A stretch of 64,000 nt of DNA, taken from positions 171,368,001 through 171,432,000 of the forward strand of contig OZ024740.1 in NCBI GenBank assembly GCA_964016885.1, read 5' to 3'. The DNA is from Eledone cirrhosa. Its lineage: Eukaryota. The notes under the pieces are model-generated. The model was given only the letters and a program-made list of their open reading frames with translations, did no database searches and was not told the origin of the DNA. The translations under genes were made by a program, and so were the position numbers. Below, piece after piece: positions 1-15,542 of this stretch (position 1 is its first letter; the number at the start of each line of letters is the position of its first letter).

Positions 1-1714
<1,714 letters not shown>

Positions 1715-1786
1715 ATAGCCATCTGGATGGCTTCCAAAAATAATGGTTGCATTTTAAAAGCTTATTTGTAAAACTATTATATATTG

Positions 1787-1851
1787 TATTTTGTCTGATG
1801 AAGGCATACCATAATTTAATTTGGTATCCCTGAAATATGTATAATGAAATA
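1787..1851 (+). ncRNA. Minimal type I hammerhead ribozyme motif (family A)
   Basis: TATTTTGT-CTGATGA-AGGCATACCA..TGGTATCCCT-GAAA-TATGTA-TA-ATGAAATA. Stem I is 8 bp (2 G-U), stem II is ~9 bp, stem III is near-palindromic, and the cleavage triplet is AUA. Confidence 0.7.
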
Positions 1852-1890
1852 GATATGGTTTTATAAATATAGTTTCCATTTATTAATATC

Positions 1891-1971
<81 letters not shown>

Positions 1972-2105
1972 ATATTATATATATATTATATATATATATA
2001 TTATATATATATTATATATATTATATATATATATATTATATATTATATATATATATATATTATATATATTATATATTATATATATATATATATTATATTA
2101 TATAT

Positions 2106-2137
<32 letters not shown>

Positions 2138-2177
2138 TATATATATTATATATATATATTTATATTATATATATATA

Positions 2178-2507
2178 TCATCATTTCATTTTACGTCCAC
2201 TTTTTTCCCTGCTTGCAAGGGTGGGACGGGAACTGATTCTGGCTTGATTTCTACAGCTGGATGCCCTTCCTAACACCAACCTCATTTACAGTGAGTGCTG
2301 GGTGCTTTTTTGCCGTGGCGCCTACACGTCCACTTTGCAGTGGAATGATAGGGACCCCAGTCCCTATCATCTCATTTCTACAGCTGAGTAAACTGGAGCA
2401 ATTTGAAATAAAGTGTCTTGCTCAAGGACACAACACATCGTCCAGTCTGAGAATTGAACTCACACCCTTTCGATTGTAAGGCCAATGCTCTAACCACTAA
2501 GCCATGT
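2178..2507 (-). mobile_element. tRNA-derived CORE-type SINE with RTE-like tail
   Basis: Minus strand has A box TGGCTTAGTGG, B box GAGTTCAATTC, CORE-like TGTGTCCTTGAGCAAGACACTT..CAGTTTACTCAGCTGTAGAAATG, and a tail GGTTGGTGTTAGGAAGGGCATCCAGCTGTAGAAA..(ATG)n. Confidence 0.85.
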
Positions 2508-2600
2508 ATATTATATATATTATATATATATTTTTATATATATATATATATGATATATATTATATATATATTTTTATATATATATTATATATATATATAT

Positions 2601-2632
<32 letters not shown>

Positions 2633-2721
2633 ATATTATATATAACGAAGGAAATGTGGTAAGGAACCAGGTGGACCATAACGCACCAAAGTACTCAATA
2701 CTTAGGGTAGTAGAGTGGTTA

Positions 2722-2903
2722 ATAGGAACCAGTAAGACCCCGACGGCTGAGCTCAAGCCGTTTCGACGGCTGAGCTCAAGCCGTTTCGACGGCTAATTCT
2801 GGACTAAAAAAAATAAATTTTTTTAAATATATTTTTTTTTTTAGTCCAGAAGTAGCCGTCGAAATGGCTTGAGCTCAGCCGTCAGGGTCTTGCTGGTTCC
2901 TAT
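2722..2903. repeat. Inverted repeat with an internal 23-bp tandem duplication
   Basis: ATAGGAACCAGTAAGACCC..CTGGACTAAAAAAAA pairs with TTTTTTTTAGTCCAG..GGGTCTTGCTGGTTCCTAT. CGACGGCTGAGCTCAAGCCGTTT occurs twice in the left arm (2741-2786). Confidence 0.85.
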
Positions 2904-2932
2904 ATTATATATATTATATATATGTATGTATT

Positions 2933-3112
2933 GGCAGTATCGGTAGAGGGTCAGACGCCGTGCTTTGCAGCAAAGAGTTACGGCCCTTTATGGTCTGAGT
3001 TCAAATCCCGCCGAGGTTAACTTTGCCTTTCATCCCTACGGGGTCGATAAAATAAAGTACCAGTAATACACTGGGATAATTTCTGGCCTTGTGCCAAAAG
3101 TAGAAACAATTA
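2933..3112 (+). mobile_element. Second SINE family (tRNA-like head, Meta-domain-like centre, (ATT)n-type tail)
   Basis: GAGTTCAAATCCCGCCGAGGTTAACTTTGCCTTTCATCC..GGGGTCGATAAAATAAAGTACCAG..GGCCTTGTGCC..AGAAAC. Further copies at ~24948-25127(+), 26574-26720(-), 43150-43320(+), 48294-48391(+), 56756-56975(-), 57670-58740 (several) and 59520-59700. The Meta-domain assignment is from memory. Confidence 0.75.
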
Positions 3113-3154
3113 TATATATATATATATTATATATATATATATATTATATATATT

Positions 3155-3190
<36 letters not shown>

Positions 3191-3202
3191 ATATTATATA
3201 TA

Positions 3203-3248
<46 letters not shown>

Positions 3249-3250
3249 TA

Positions 3251-3328
3251 TAAAAAACATTTGTGAATAGTGCAGTTTTAAATCAACATATGTTGATTAA
3301 AAACTGCACTGTTCGCAAGTGTTTTTTA
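3251..3328. repeat. Hairpin/palindrome directly upstream of a hammerhead motif
   Basis: AAAAAACATTTGTGAATAGTGCAGTTTT-AAATCAACATATGTTGATTA-AAAACTGCACTGTTCGCAAGTGTTTTTT, with ~38-bp arms. Confidence 0.85.
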
Positions 3329-3348
3329 ACCTTCATATCATGTCTTCC

Positions 3349-3419
3349 TATTTTATCTGATGAAAACACAAATGTTATTGCATGATGATATTTGTTTTTG
3401 AAATGCGCATAATAAAATA
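3349..3419 (+). ncRNA. Minimal type I hammerhead ribozyme motif
   Basis: TATTTTAT-CTGATGA-AAACACAAATG..ATATTTGTTTTT-GAAA-TGCGCA-TA-ATAAAATA. Perfect 8-bp stem I, long stem II, palindromic TGCGCA stem III, AUA triplet. Confidence 0.78.
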
Positions 3420-3444
3420 CATGGAACTCTTTTAACCATCTTTT

Positions 3445-3456
3445 GATCTTATATAT

Positions 3457-3488
<32 letters not shown>

Positions 3489-3539
3489 ATGTTATATATA
3501 TATATATTATATATATATATGTTATATATATATTTATAT

Positions 3540-3571
<32 letters not shown>

Positions 3572-3594
3572 ATTATATATTATATTTATATATA

Positions 3595-3648
<54 letters not shown>

Positions 3649-3660
3649 CATATATATATA

Positions 3661-3706
<46 letters not shown>

Positions 3707-3790
3707 ATATAATATATATATTATATATATATATATTATATATATATATATATATATTATATTATATATATTATATATATATATATTATA

Positions 3791-3822
<32 letters not shown>

Positions 3823-4276
3823 GTTATATATATATTATATATATATATTATATATATATATGTTATATATATATGTTATATATATATTATATATATATAT
3901 ATATTATATATATATATGTTATATATATATTATATATATATATATTATATATATATATGTTATATATATATGTTATATATATATTATATATATATATATT
4001 ATATGTATATATATTATATATATATATTATATGTATATATATTATATGTATATATATTATATATATATATTATATGTATATATATTATATATATATATTA
4101 TATGTATATATATTATATATATATATATTATATGTATATATATTATATATATATATATTATATGTATATATATTATATATATATATATTATATGTATATA
4201 TATTATATTATATATTATATATATATATATTATATGTATATATATTATATATTATATATATTATATATATATATGT

Positions 4277-4314
<38 letters not shown>

Positions 4315-4374
4315 ATATATATTATATATATATATTATATGTATATATATGATATATATTTTATATATATATAT

Positions 4375-4406
<32 letters not shown>

Positions 4407-4460
4407 ATGTTATATATATATTATATATATATATATATTATATATATATATATTATATTA

Positions 4461-4505
<45 letters not shown>

Positions 4506-4633
4506 ATATTATATATATATATGTTATATATATATTATATATATATATATATTATATATATATATGTTATATATATATATATATTATATATATATATATG
4601 TTATATATATATATATGTTATATATATATATGT

Positions 4634-4664
<31 letters not shown>

Positions 4665-4742
4665 ATATATATATTATATATATATATATATTATATGTAT
4701 ATATATTATATATATATATTATATATATATATATTATATATA

Positions 4743-4805
<63 letters not shown>

Positions 4806-5294
4806 ATATATATATTATATATATATTATATATATATATATTATATGTATATATATTATATATATATTATATGTATATATATTATATATATATTATATAT
4901 ATATATATTATATGTATATATTATATATTATATGTGTATATATTATATATTATATGTATATATATTATATATATATATGTTATATATATATAAAATATAT
5001 ATATATATATATATGTTATATATATGTTATATTATATATTATATGTATATATATTATATATATATATGTTATATATATATAAAATATATATATATATATA
5101 TATGTTATATAAAATATATATATATATATATATGTTATATATATGTTATATATATATTATATATATATTATATATATATATATTATATGTATATATTATA
5201 TATTATATGTGTATATATTATATATTATATGTATATATATTATATATATATATGTTATATATTATATATATATATGTTATATATATATATGTTA

Positions 5295-5325
<31 letters not shown>

Positions 5326-5337
5326 TTATATATTATG
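3445..5337. repeat. 1.9-kb degenerate (TA)n tract with recurrent TATGTTA/TATGTA variants
   Basis: Direct inspection. Further tracts at ~1890-2177, 5862-6318, 7224-7494, 11400-11687, 16891-17254, 17413-17996, 19468-19885, 20137-20635 and 21730-21927. Confidence 0.97.
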
Positions 5338-5861
5338 TAGGCAGACCCAGAAAAACCTGGGACGATATAATAAATTCCGACCTCACACGCTTACACCTCT
5401 CCAAGACAATGTCACTGGACCGAGACCTTTGGCGGTACTCAGTAATAGAGAAGACCCGCCTTGCCTAAATACAAAGTAAAAACCTACTACAGTCAGTAGG
5501 CATCTCTATCAAAACACACCCCCGTCCCACCACCTCCACCCCATCCACACCGCCCCTTTCAATGTAAAGTTATGTTGGTCCCACAACATCCAGGCCAAAA
5601 CAAATGAGATCGTGTAGGTGTCACGACAAAAAAACACACAGTCCACGCTGTAAATGTGGCCGTGTAGGTAAAACACGGTAAAAACCTCCCAGCCCCACAC
5701 TGTAAATGTGGTTGGTGTTAGGAAGGGCATCCAGCTGTAGAAAACCCGCCAGACAGTCCTATGCGAGCAAGACAACCACTCTTGCCCCAAGTGGGAAAAC
5801 CCCCGTCCAAACCCATGCAAGCGCGGAACACGGACGCTAAACCTGATGATGATGATGATGA
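5338..5861 (+). mobile_element. RTE LINE 3' fragment
   Basis: GRPRKTWDDIINSDL..EKTRLA, then the same 3' UTR and (GAT)n tail as 15543-16890. Confidence 0.88.
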
Positions 5862-6318
5862 TATTATATTATATTATATATGTATATTATATATATATAT
5901 ATATTATATATATATATATATATTATATATATATATATATATTATATATATTATATTTATATATATATATATTATATATATATTATATATATTATATTTA
6001 TATATATATATATATAATATATATTATATATATATATTTTATATATATATATTTTATATATATATATTATATATATATATATTATATATATATTATATAT
6101 ATATATTATATATATATATATATTATATATATATTATATATATATTATATATATATATTATATATATATATTATATATATATATATATTATATATATATA
6201 TTATATATATATATTATATATATATATATATATTATATATATATATATATTATATATATATATATATTATATATATAATATATATTATATATATTATATT
6301 TATATATATATATATATT

Positions 6319-6851
6319 ATCATCATCATCGTTTAACGTCCATGTTCCACGCTTGCATGGGTTTGAACGGGAGTTTTCCCACTTGAGGCAAGAGTGGTTG
6401 TCATTGCTCGCATAGGACTGTCTGGATGCCCTTCCTAACACCAACCACATTTACAGCTGGGAGGTTTTTACTCTCTCGAGTTTATGCTTTGCCGTTCACG
6501 TATATTACTATTACACATCCAGCGGAGCATGCAAGCTTCGTTCCTCTCTAGTCTGCGTATATCCTCTGCACACAATGCCCAGGTCTCACTGCCATGTAAC
6601 ATTGCTGTTCGTATGCAGGCATCATACAGCCTGCCTTTCATTTTTAGCGAGAACCCTTTAGCTGAGAAACCCTTTTTCCATCCCGTTCTGACTCTAGCTA
6701 CTGTACTTTCTGAGCACCCTCCCCCACTGCTGATTTTGTCACCCAGGTAATGGAAGCTGTCCACTATTTCTATAGAACCGTCCGTGCAATTGAAAGAACT
6801 AGTATTTGTGGGCACTTGCTGCTACTTATTTCACCAGAGCTCCGGCCACAT
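6319..6851 (-). mobile_element. RTE LINE fragment with several internal deletions
   Basis: IEIVDSFHYLGDKIS..HGSETWAL..RWMC joined directly to a shortened 3' UTR and (CAT)n. Confidence 0.85.
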
Positions 6852-6885
6852 ATTATATATAAATATTATATATATATTATATATA

Positions 6886-7221
6886 TCATCATTTCATTTT
6901 ACGTCCGCTTCTTCCCTGCTTGCAAGGGTGGGACGGGAACTGATGCTGGCTTGATTTCTACAGCTGGATGCCTTTCCTAACACCAACCTCATTTACAGTG
7001 AGTGCTGGGTGCTTTTTTGCCGTGGCACCTCCACGACCACTTTGCAGTGGAATGATATGGACTCCTGTCCCTATCATCTCATTTCTACAGCTGAGTAAAC
7101 TGGAGCAATGTGAAATAAAGTGTCTTGCCCAAGGAAACAACACATCACCCGGTCTGAGAATTGAACTCACAACCTTTCGATTGCAAGGCCAATGCTCTAA
7201 CCACTAAGCCATGTGCCTCCA
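6886..7221 (-). mobile_element. Same CORE-type SINE family, full length
   Basis: Near-identical to 2178-2507. Confidence 0.85.
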
Positions 7222-7230
7222 TTACATATA

Positions 7231-7388
<158 letters not shown>

Positions 7389-7494
7389 TTATATATATAT
7401 TATATATATATTATATTTATATATATATTATATATATATTATATTATATATATATTATATATATATATTATATATATATTATATATATATTATT

Positions 7495-7817
7495 GTAGCC
7501 TCTGCACACCCACTGCACCCTACTATCGACGCCAGCCCATCTATGGTTCAGCTAACCACTCGACTCCCGGGAATGAATATGACCGCAGCTAGTAAACAAG
7601 GACCCACACCCCACCTTCCCGCACCAAAATTAGACTTATCGTCCCCTACTTTTGCTCTTTACTCTCTTTACTCTTTGTTCTTGAATGTTTGGTTGGTAGA
7701 GTCCATAACACCAATCAAACCCCTTTTATAGCTCTGACGAATCCTACGGTTACGTAAGGAAGAAACATTGTAAGCCAATAAAAATCTTTTGATGTTGTAG
7801 ACGCTCTTGTGTTCATT
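7495..7817 (+). mobile_element. Probable Penelope-like element 3' end / pLTR fragment
   Basis: Island between TA tracts containing a hammerhead motif plus AATAAA. One frame reads VQLTTRLPGMN, weakly like the C-terminal LxTxxPxGxN of GIY-YIG endonucleases. Confidence 0.4.
7731..7775 (+). ncRNA. Minimal type I hammerhead ribozyme motif
   Basis: GCT-CTGACGA-A-TCCTACG-GTTA-CGTAAGGA-A-GAAA-CATTG-TA-AGC, followed by AATAAA. GUA triplet; stem II is 7 bp with one bulge. Confidence 0.62.
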
Positions 7818-7964
7818 ATAATATATATATACTCTATTACTCTTTTGCCTGTCTCAGCCATCCGGCTGAGGCCATGCTGGGGCACCGCCCTTGTTGCTAA
7901 ACATTTTATCTCCAGCCTGTATAGGTTGGCCACTGGTGTAGGAGGGAGTTTGTTGCTGCTGCCC

Positions 7965-9668
7965 TTAGGTTTCCCTCGTGTCTTGCTGTGGGCTCATCCG
8001 GGATCCTGGATAACAAGGTGTCGAGATGTTTCTTGAAGACATCCACCTCCACGTCATCACGTCATACAAGTCTCTCAGATCACTCGGCAGCCTGTTGAAG
8101 AGTTGAGGGCCCTTGAATCCCAGGCTATTGCAATACCTGCTCCTTATTCTAGATGTGGAAGACGGGACCTTTGGCACCACACAGTGACGTCCTGTTCGAC
8201 GGTTGGTCCAGCTCCCAATGCCAAAGTTTGGTGCTAGTCCCTCCAGGATTTTCCACATGTAGATCACTGCATATCTCTCCCGTCTTCGCTCCAAGGAGTA
8301 GAGGTTCAGTTCCTTTAGCCTCTCCCAGTAGCTTGTCTCCCTCATCTTGGCAATCCTCTTGGTGTAGCTTCGCTGGATTGCCTCAAGCTCCGTGGTTAGT
8401 TTGACACTATGGGGTGACCACAACTGGGAGCAGTAGTCCAGGCGGCTTATGACAAATGTCCTCCATAGTGTCAACATGGTGTCTCGATCTCTTGTCCGGA
8501 AAGTCCTCAAGATCCAGCCAGCGAGTCGTCTGCACATTGTCGCCACATTCATGATGTGTGAAGAAAAAGATGCATCATCGCTCATGTCTATGCCCAGGTC
8601 TCGTATCGATTTTGACACGGGGATATCGGTCCCTCCTGGTCCTGTGTAGCTGTGTTCCACTATATTTGTGTTTGCAGGTTTGTATTGTAGGGCTTGGAAT
8701 TTGCCAGCATTAAACTGCATGTTGTTTTCTTCCGCCCATCTGTATATGGCATCCAGATCCTGCTGTAAAAGGGCAGCGTCAGCCGGGTTTTTGATTGCCT
8801 GTGCTACCTTAGTGTCATCAGCATAGCTAGTGAGGGATGTTGTTGCATGCACCACAGAGGGCATGTCCGAGAGAGCCACCAAAAACAGTAGTGGTTCCAG
8901 GACTGTCCCCTGGGGCACCCCACTTGTTATCGGTGTTTCCTTCGAGAGGGCCCCATTTGCTGCGACTGCCTGGCTTCTGTCTCTTAGGAAGCCATGCAGC
9001 CACTCACCTACTTTTCCAGTTATGCCGAGTCCTTGTAGTTTGTGACATATCATTCCGTGGTCGACCTTGTCAAAGGCCTTCGCAAAGTCAAGATATATCA
9101 CGTCCACATGTGAGCTGTCTAGTCGTTGTCTCAGTACCCAGTCGTAGTGATGCAGCAGCTGTGTAAGGCAGCTTCTTCCTGGGCGGAAGCCATGTTGCGT
9201 GCTAGTCAGGCGGTCATTTTCTTCGAGGAAAGTGATTAGTCTCTTTCTGACGACTAGCTCCATGACCTTACTGATATGCGACGTCAGGGAGACTGGCCTA
9301 TAGTTCTTGGCCTCCGCTCTACTACCTCCTTTATGGATAGGGCATATTGTGCCTTCTTTCAGCTCCCTGGGTAGTACACCGCTAGCCAAGGAGCTTCTGA
9401 AGGGCATCTTCAGTGGAGTTGCTAAGGCCCGCTTACATATTTTTAAGAGAACTTCTGGGAATCCATCAGGTCCTGCAGCCGAGTCTGTTATAATTTCATC
9501 AATGGCGTACACCACATCCTCCTCCGTTATGTCTATGTGGTTGATGGTTGCCATTTCTTGATGTAGTGTTGTGGCATCAAAGAACTCCTCTGGCTTCGTT
9601 GTTTGCATGTGCCTCAGTGGACATGTGAACACACTTTTGTACTGTTCGTTCAGTATTTCACATATCAC
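7965..9668 (-). pseudogene. LINE ORF2 reverse transcriptase segment
   Basis: 567-aa open stretch with all RT motifs, cut off from the endonuclease by frameshifts near 9770 and 10260-10320. GVPQGTVLEP carries a G>E change, and a short duplication near 8050-8065 shifts the C-terminus. Confidence 0.88.
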
Positions 9669-9682
9669 TTGGGGGTTTTCGG

Positions 9683-10947
9683 TTAATGAACCGTCCGTGT
9701 GGAAGAGTGGCCCAATCTTGCAGTGTACTGAGGCAGTTTCTTTTGCAAAATTAAAGAAGGCCTTAGGGTTTGTTTAATGTTTTCTATGGCCCTGTTCTCT
9801 TTCTTTGCCCTCTCATTCTCATGTGAAAGTTTGAGTGCAATCTCGGTGTCAAGTAGTGCACGTTTCAAATAGGATTCCTTCTTGTTTTTGTTTTGTTGAC
9901 TATTCAACTGGTTTGAGAGTTTAGTTCTACGTCTCATAAGGATTTTCCTATCTCTGGGAATAAGATTTTTGTGTCTGTTTGCCTCTTTCTCCGGGACAAA
10001 CTTTTTGCATATAGTGTGTATTGTTGTCATGAAGTGTTGAAATTGTGTGTTAGTGTCTTGTGTGGCAGTGTTTTCACTCCATGTTTGCTTCCGGATTTCA
10101 CTCTTAATCTTTTTCCAGTTAGCCTTGTAGAAGTTAAGGCTGGATAGCGTCCCGGAGCTTCTTGGTGGTTTTGTCTCTGTTGGTTCTCTTGGACCACATA
10201 TCATTAGCTCTACTAAGTTATGATCCGAGAGAATTGTTGGTGTCACCTTTACATTGTGGATGAGCACTTTGTTGTTTGTAAAACAGAGGTCCAGGACGTT
10301 TTCGCCTCTTGTTGGGAGGGTATTGCTTGCTCCATGAACAGCCTGTGTGTGAGGGCCAGCAGGGATTCCGTCTGTCTCTGTTCTATTGACGTCATTCCAG
10401 GGAGGAGGTGGCCCTCAGGCCATTTGACCTTTGGTAGGTTGAAGTCTCCCAGCAGTAGGATGTTGAGACCCTGGTCCAGTTTGTCAAGGACCTCTTCTAT
10501 CCTACTTAGGCTATCCTCAAATTTACCCTCATGACTGGGGGCATCGGGCGGCCGATATGTGACACATATTACTGTCTGTAGTTGCTTCATATGTATTATC
10601 AGTGTGTCACAGACTGAGTTTGAATATGTCAACAGTACAATTGGTGTGACATCTTCACGGATATACAGAGCAACCCCACCATGAGTTCTCTCCTTCCTGT
10701 CCGAACGAAATACAGTATATTTTGGTATATGTATTTCTGCATCTGCTATACTGTTTGTCAGGTGCGTTTCGGTTAGTGCCATGCATAGTGCTTGATTGCT
10801 TATGGCTAAGTCTCCCAGGTAGGAAATTTTACTCATGTTACTGAGTTTCACCAGGCCTCTGACATTCAGCAGCAGCACTGGTGTGACTTTTGGGGTGCCA
10901 GTAATGGCTGTCGATATGACACCTGGTCCGGTGTCAGCGGCGGCCAC
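9683..10947 (-). pseudogene. LINE ORF2 apurinic-like endonuclease plus linker, split over two frames
   Basis: ORFs 10249-10947 and 9683-10267 carry consecutive APE motifs (GDFN in the first, SDH in the second). Confidence 0.85.
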
Positions 10948-11643
10948 TCTGGATGCCTTAACTGTGGTGGTCTCGAGTGCTGGTGTGGATGACCCTGGCT
11001 CTGGAGACGATGCAGCCAGGTCAGCTGTCCCACAATCTTCTCTGCCATCACTAACAAATTTTTTTGATCTGCTGCTGCCATCTGTATCTCGTTGGCATGT
11101 GCGTGCCTTCTCCTTGTTGGTGCGGCACGCGCGACATCAGCATACTTCTGGAGCGGCATATTTCGGCTTTGGCTGGGGCATGTTGCGCGAGTATGATGGG
11201 CATAGTTCGTTTGAGACCTAGGGTGGGCGAATCTGCATCCCATCCCTGTCTCTCCATGCCAGCATGTCCCGTTCTTGAAAAACTTGCACATTACTTGGGT
11301 TTTTTTGCTCCCAGTGTCTCGGTGCTTTCTGTTCTTCCTTTGAATAGTTGTCCACTGGTCCCTCTGCGCTTGGTTCTCCTTCGGAAGGTGATTTCGCTTT
11401 TTATATATATATATATTATATATATATATTATTTATATATATATATTATATATATATATATATATATTATATATTAATATATATATATATATATAATATA
11501 TATATATATAATATATATATATAAATATATATATAATATATATATATATAATATATATATATATAATATAATATATATATATATATAATATATATAAATA
11601 TATATATAATATATATATATAAATAATATATATATATAATATT

Positions 11644-11687
<44 letters not shown>

Positions 11688-12093
11688 AAACCTCCCAGTC
11701 CCACACTGTAAATGTGGTTGGTGTTAGGAAGGGCATCCATATATGTACTTGTCTATACCATACTAATTCAAACTGCCTGAAGCTTGCATGGGTTTGGACG
11801 GGAGTTTTCCCACTTGGGGCAAGAGTGGTTGTCTTGCTCGCATAGGACTGTCTGGCGGGTTTTCTACAGCTGGATGCCCTTCCTAACACCAACCACATTT
11901 ACAGTGTGGGACTGGGAGGTTTTTACCGTGTTGCCTACACGACCACATTACAGCGTGGACTGTGTGTTTTTCTTTTTGTCGTGACACCTACACGATCTCA
12001 TTTGTTTCGGCCTGGATGTTGTGGCACCAACATAACTTTACATTGAAAGGGGCGGTGTGGATGGATGGGGTGGGGGGGGGGGGGGGTTAGAGA

Positions 12094-15300
<3,207 letters not shown>

Positions 15301-15457
15301 AACGATCATAGATATTTCATTGCATTAAAAATCATATACCTCACGTTGGTGCAATAATAACTAAATTAAGTTATTAGGACAATTAAAACGCGTAAAGCGA
15401 GTGAGACAAGTAAACAACAAAGAGGAAAGCTAACCGTAGATAGGAAGAGGCACAAGC

Positions 15458-15503
<46 letters not shown>

Positions 15504-15542
15504 CATATATAATGTATATATATATAATATATATATATAATA

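Larger units (their letters stand above)
7832..11400 (-). mobile_element. CR1-group LINE, 5'-truncated and frameshifted (CCCH zinc-finger ORF1 remnant, APE, RT, 3' UTR)
   Basis: ORF1-like CKFFKNGTCWHG..CRFAHP. APE motifs LNVRGL, LTETHL, GGVALY, YRPP, GDFNLP, SDHNLV. RT motifs NYRPVSLTS, QHGFR, DFAKAFDKVDH, GVPQG, YADD. C-terminal LDYCSQLWSP and SLERRR. 3' stem-loop tail ends near 7832. Confidence 0.92.

Noticed and set aside
2741-2794. 23-bp palindromic direct repeats resembling a CRISPR repeat
   Set aside because: The repeats are adjacent with no spacers, there are only ~2.3 copies, the context is eukaryotic and there are no cas genes.
5843-5861. CTGATGA at RTE tails (also 17402)
   Set aside because: Part of the (TGA)n tail; no stem II or GAAA follows.
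8153-11477. Plus-strand ORFs overlapping the CR1 and RTE elements
   Set aside because: Antisense shadows of LINE coding sequence.
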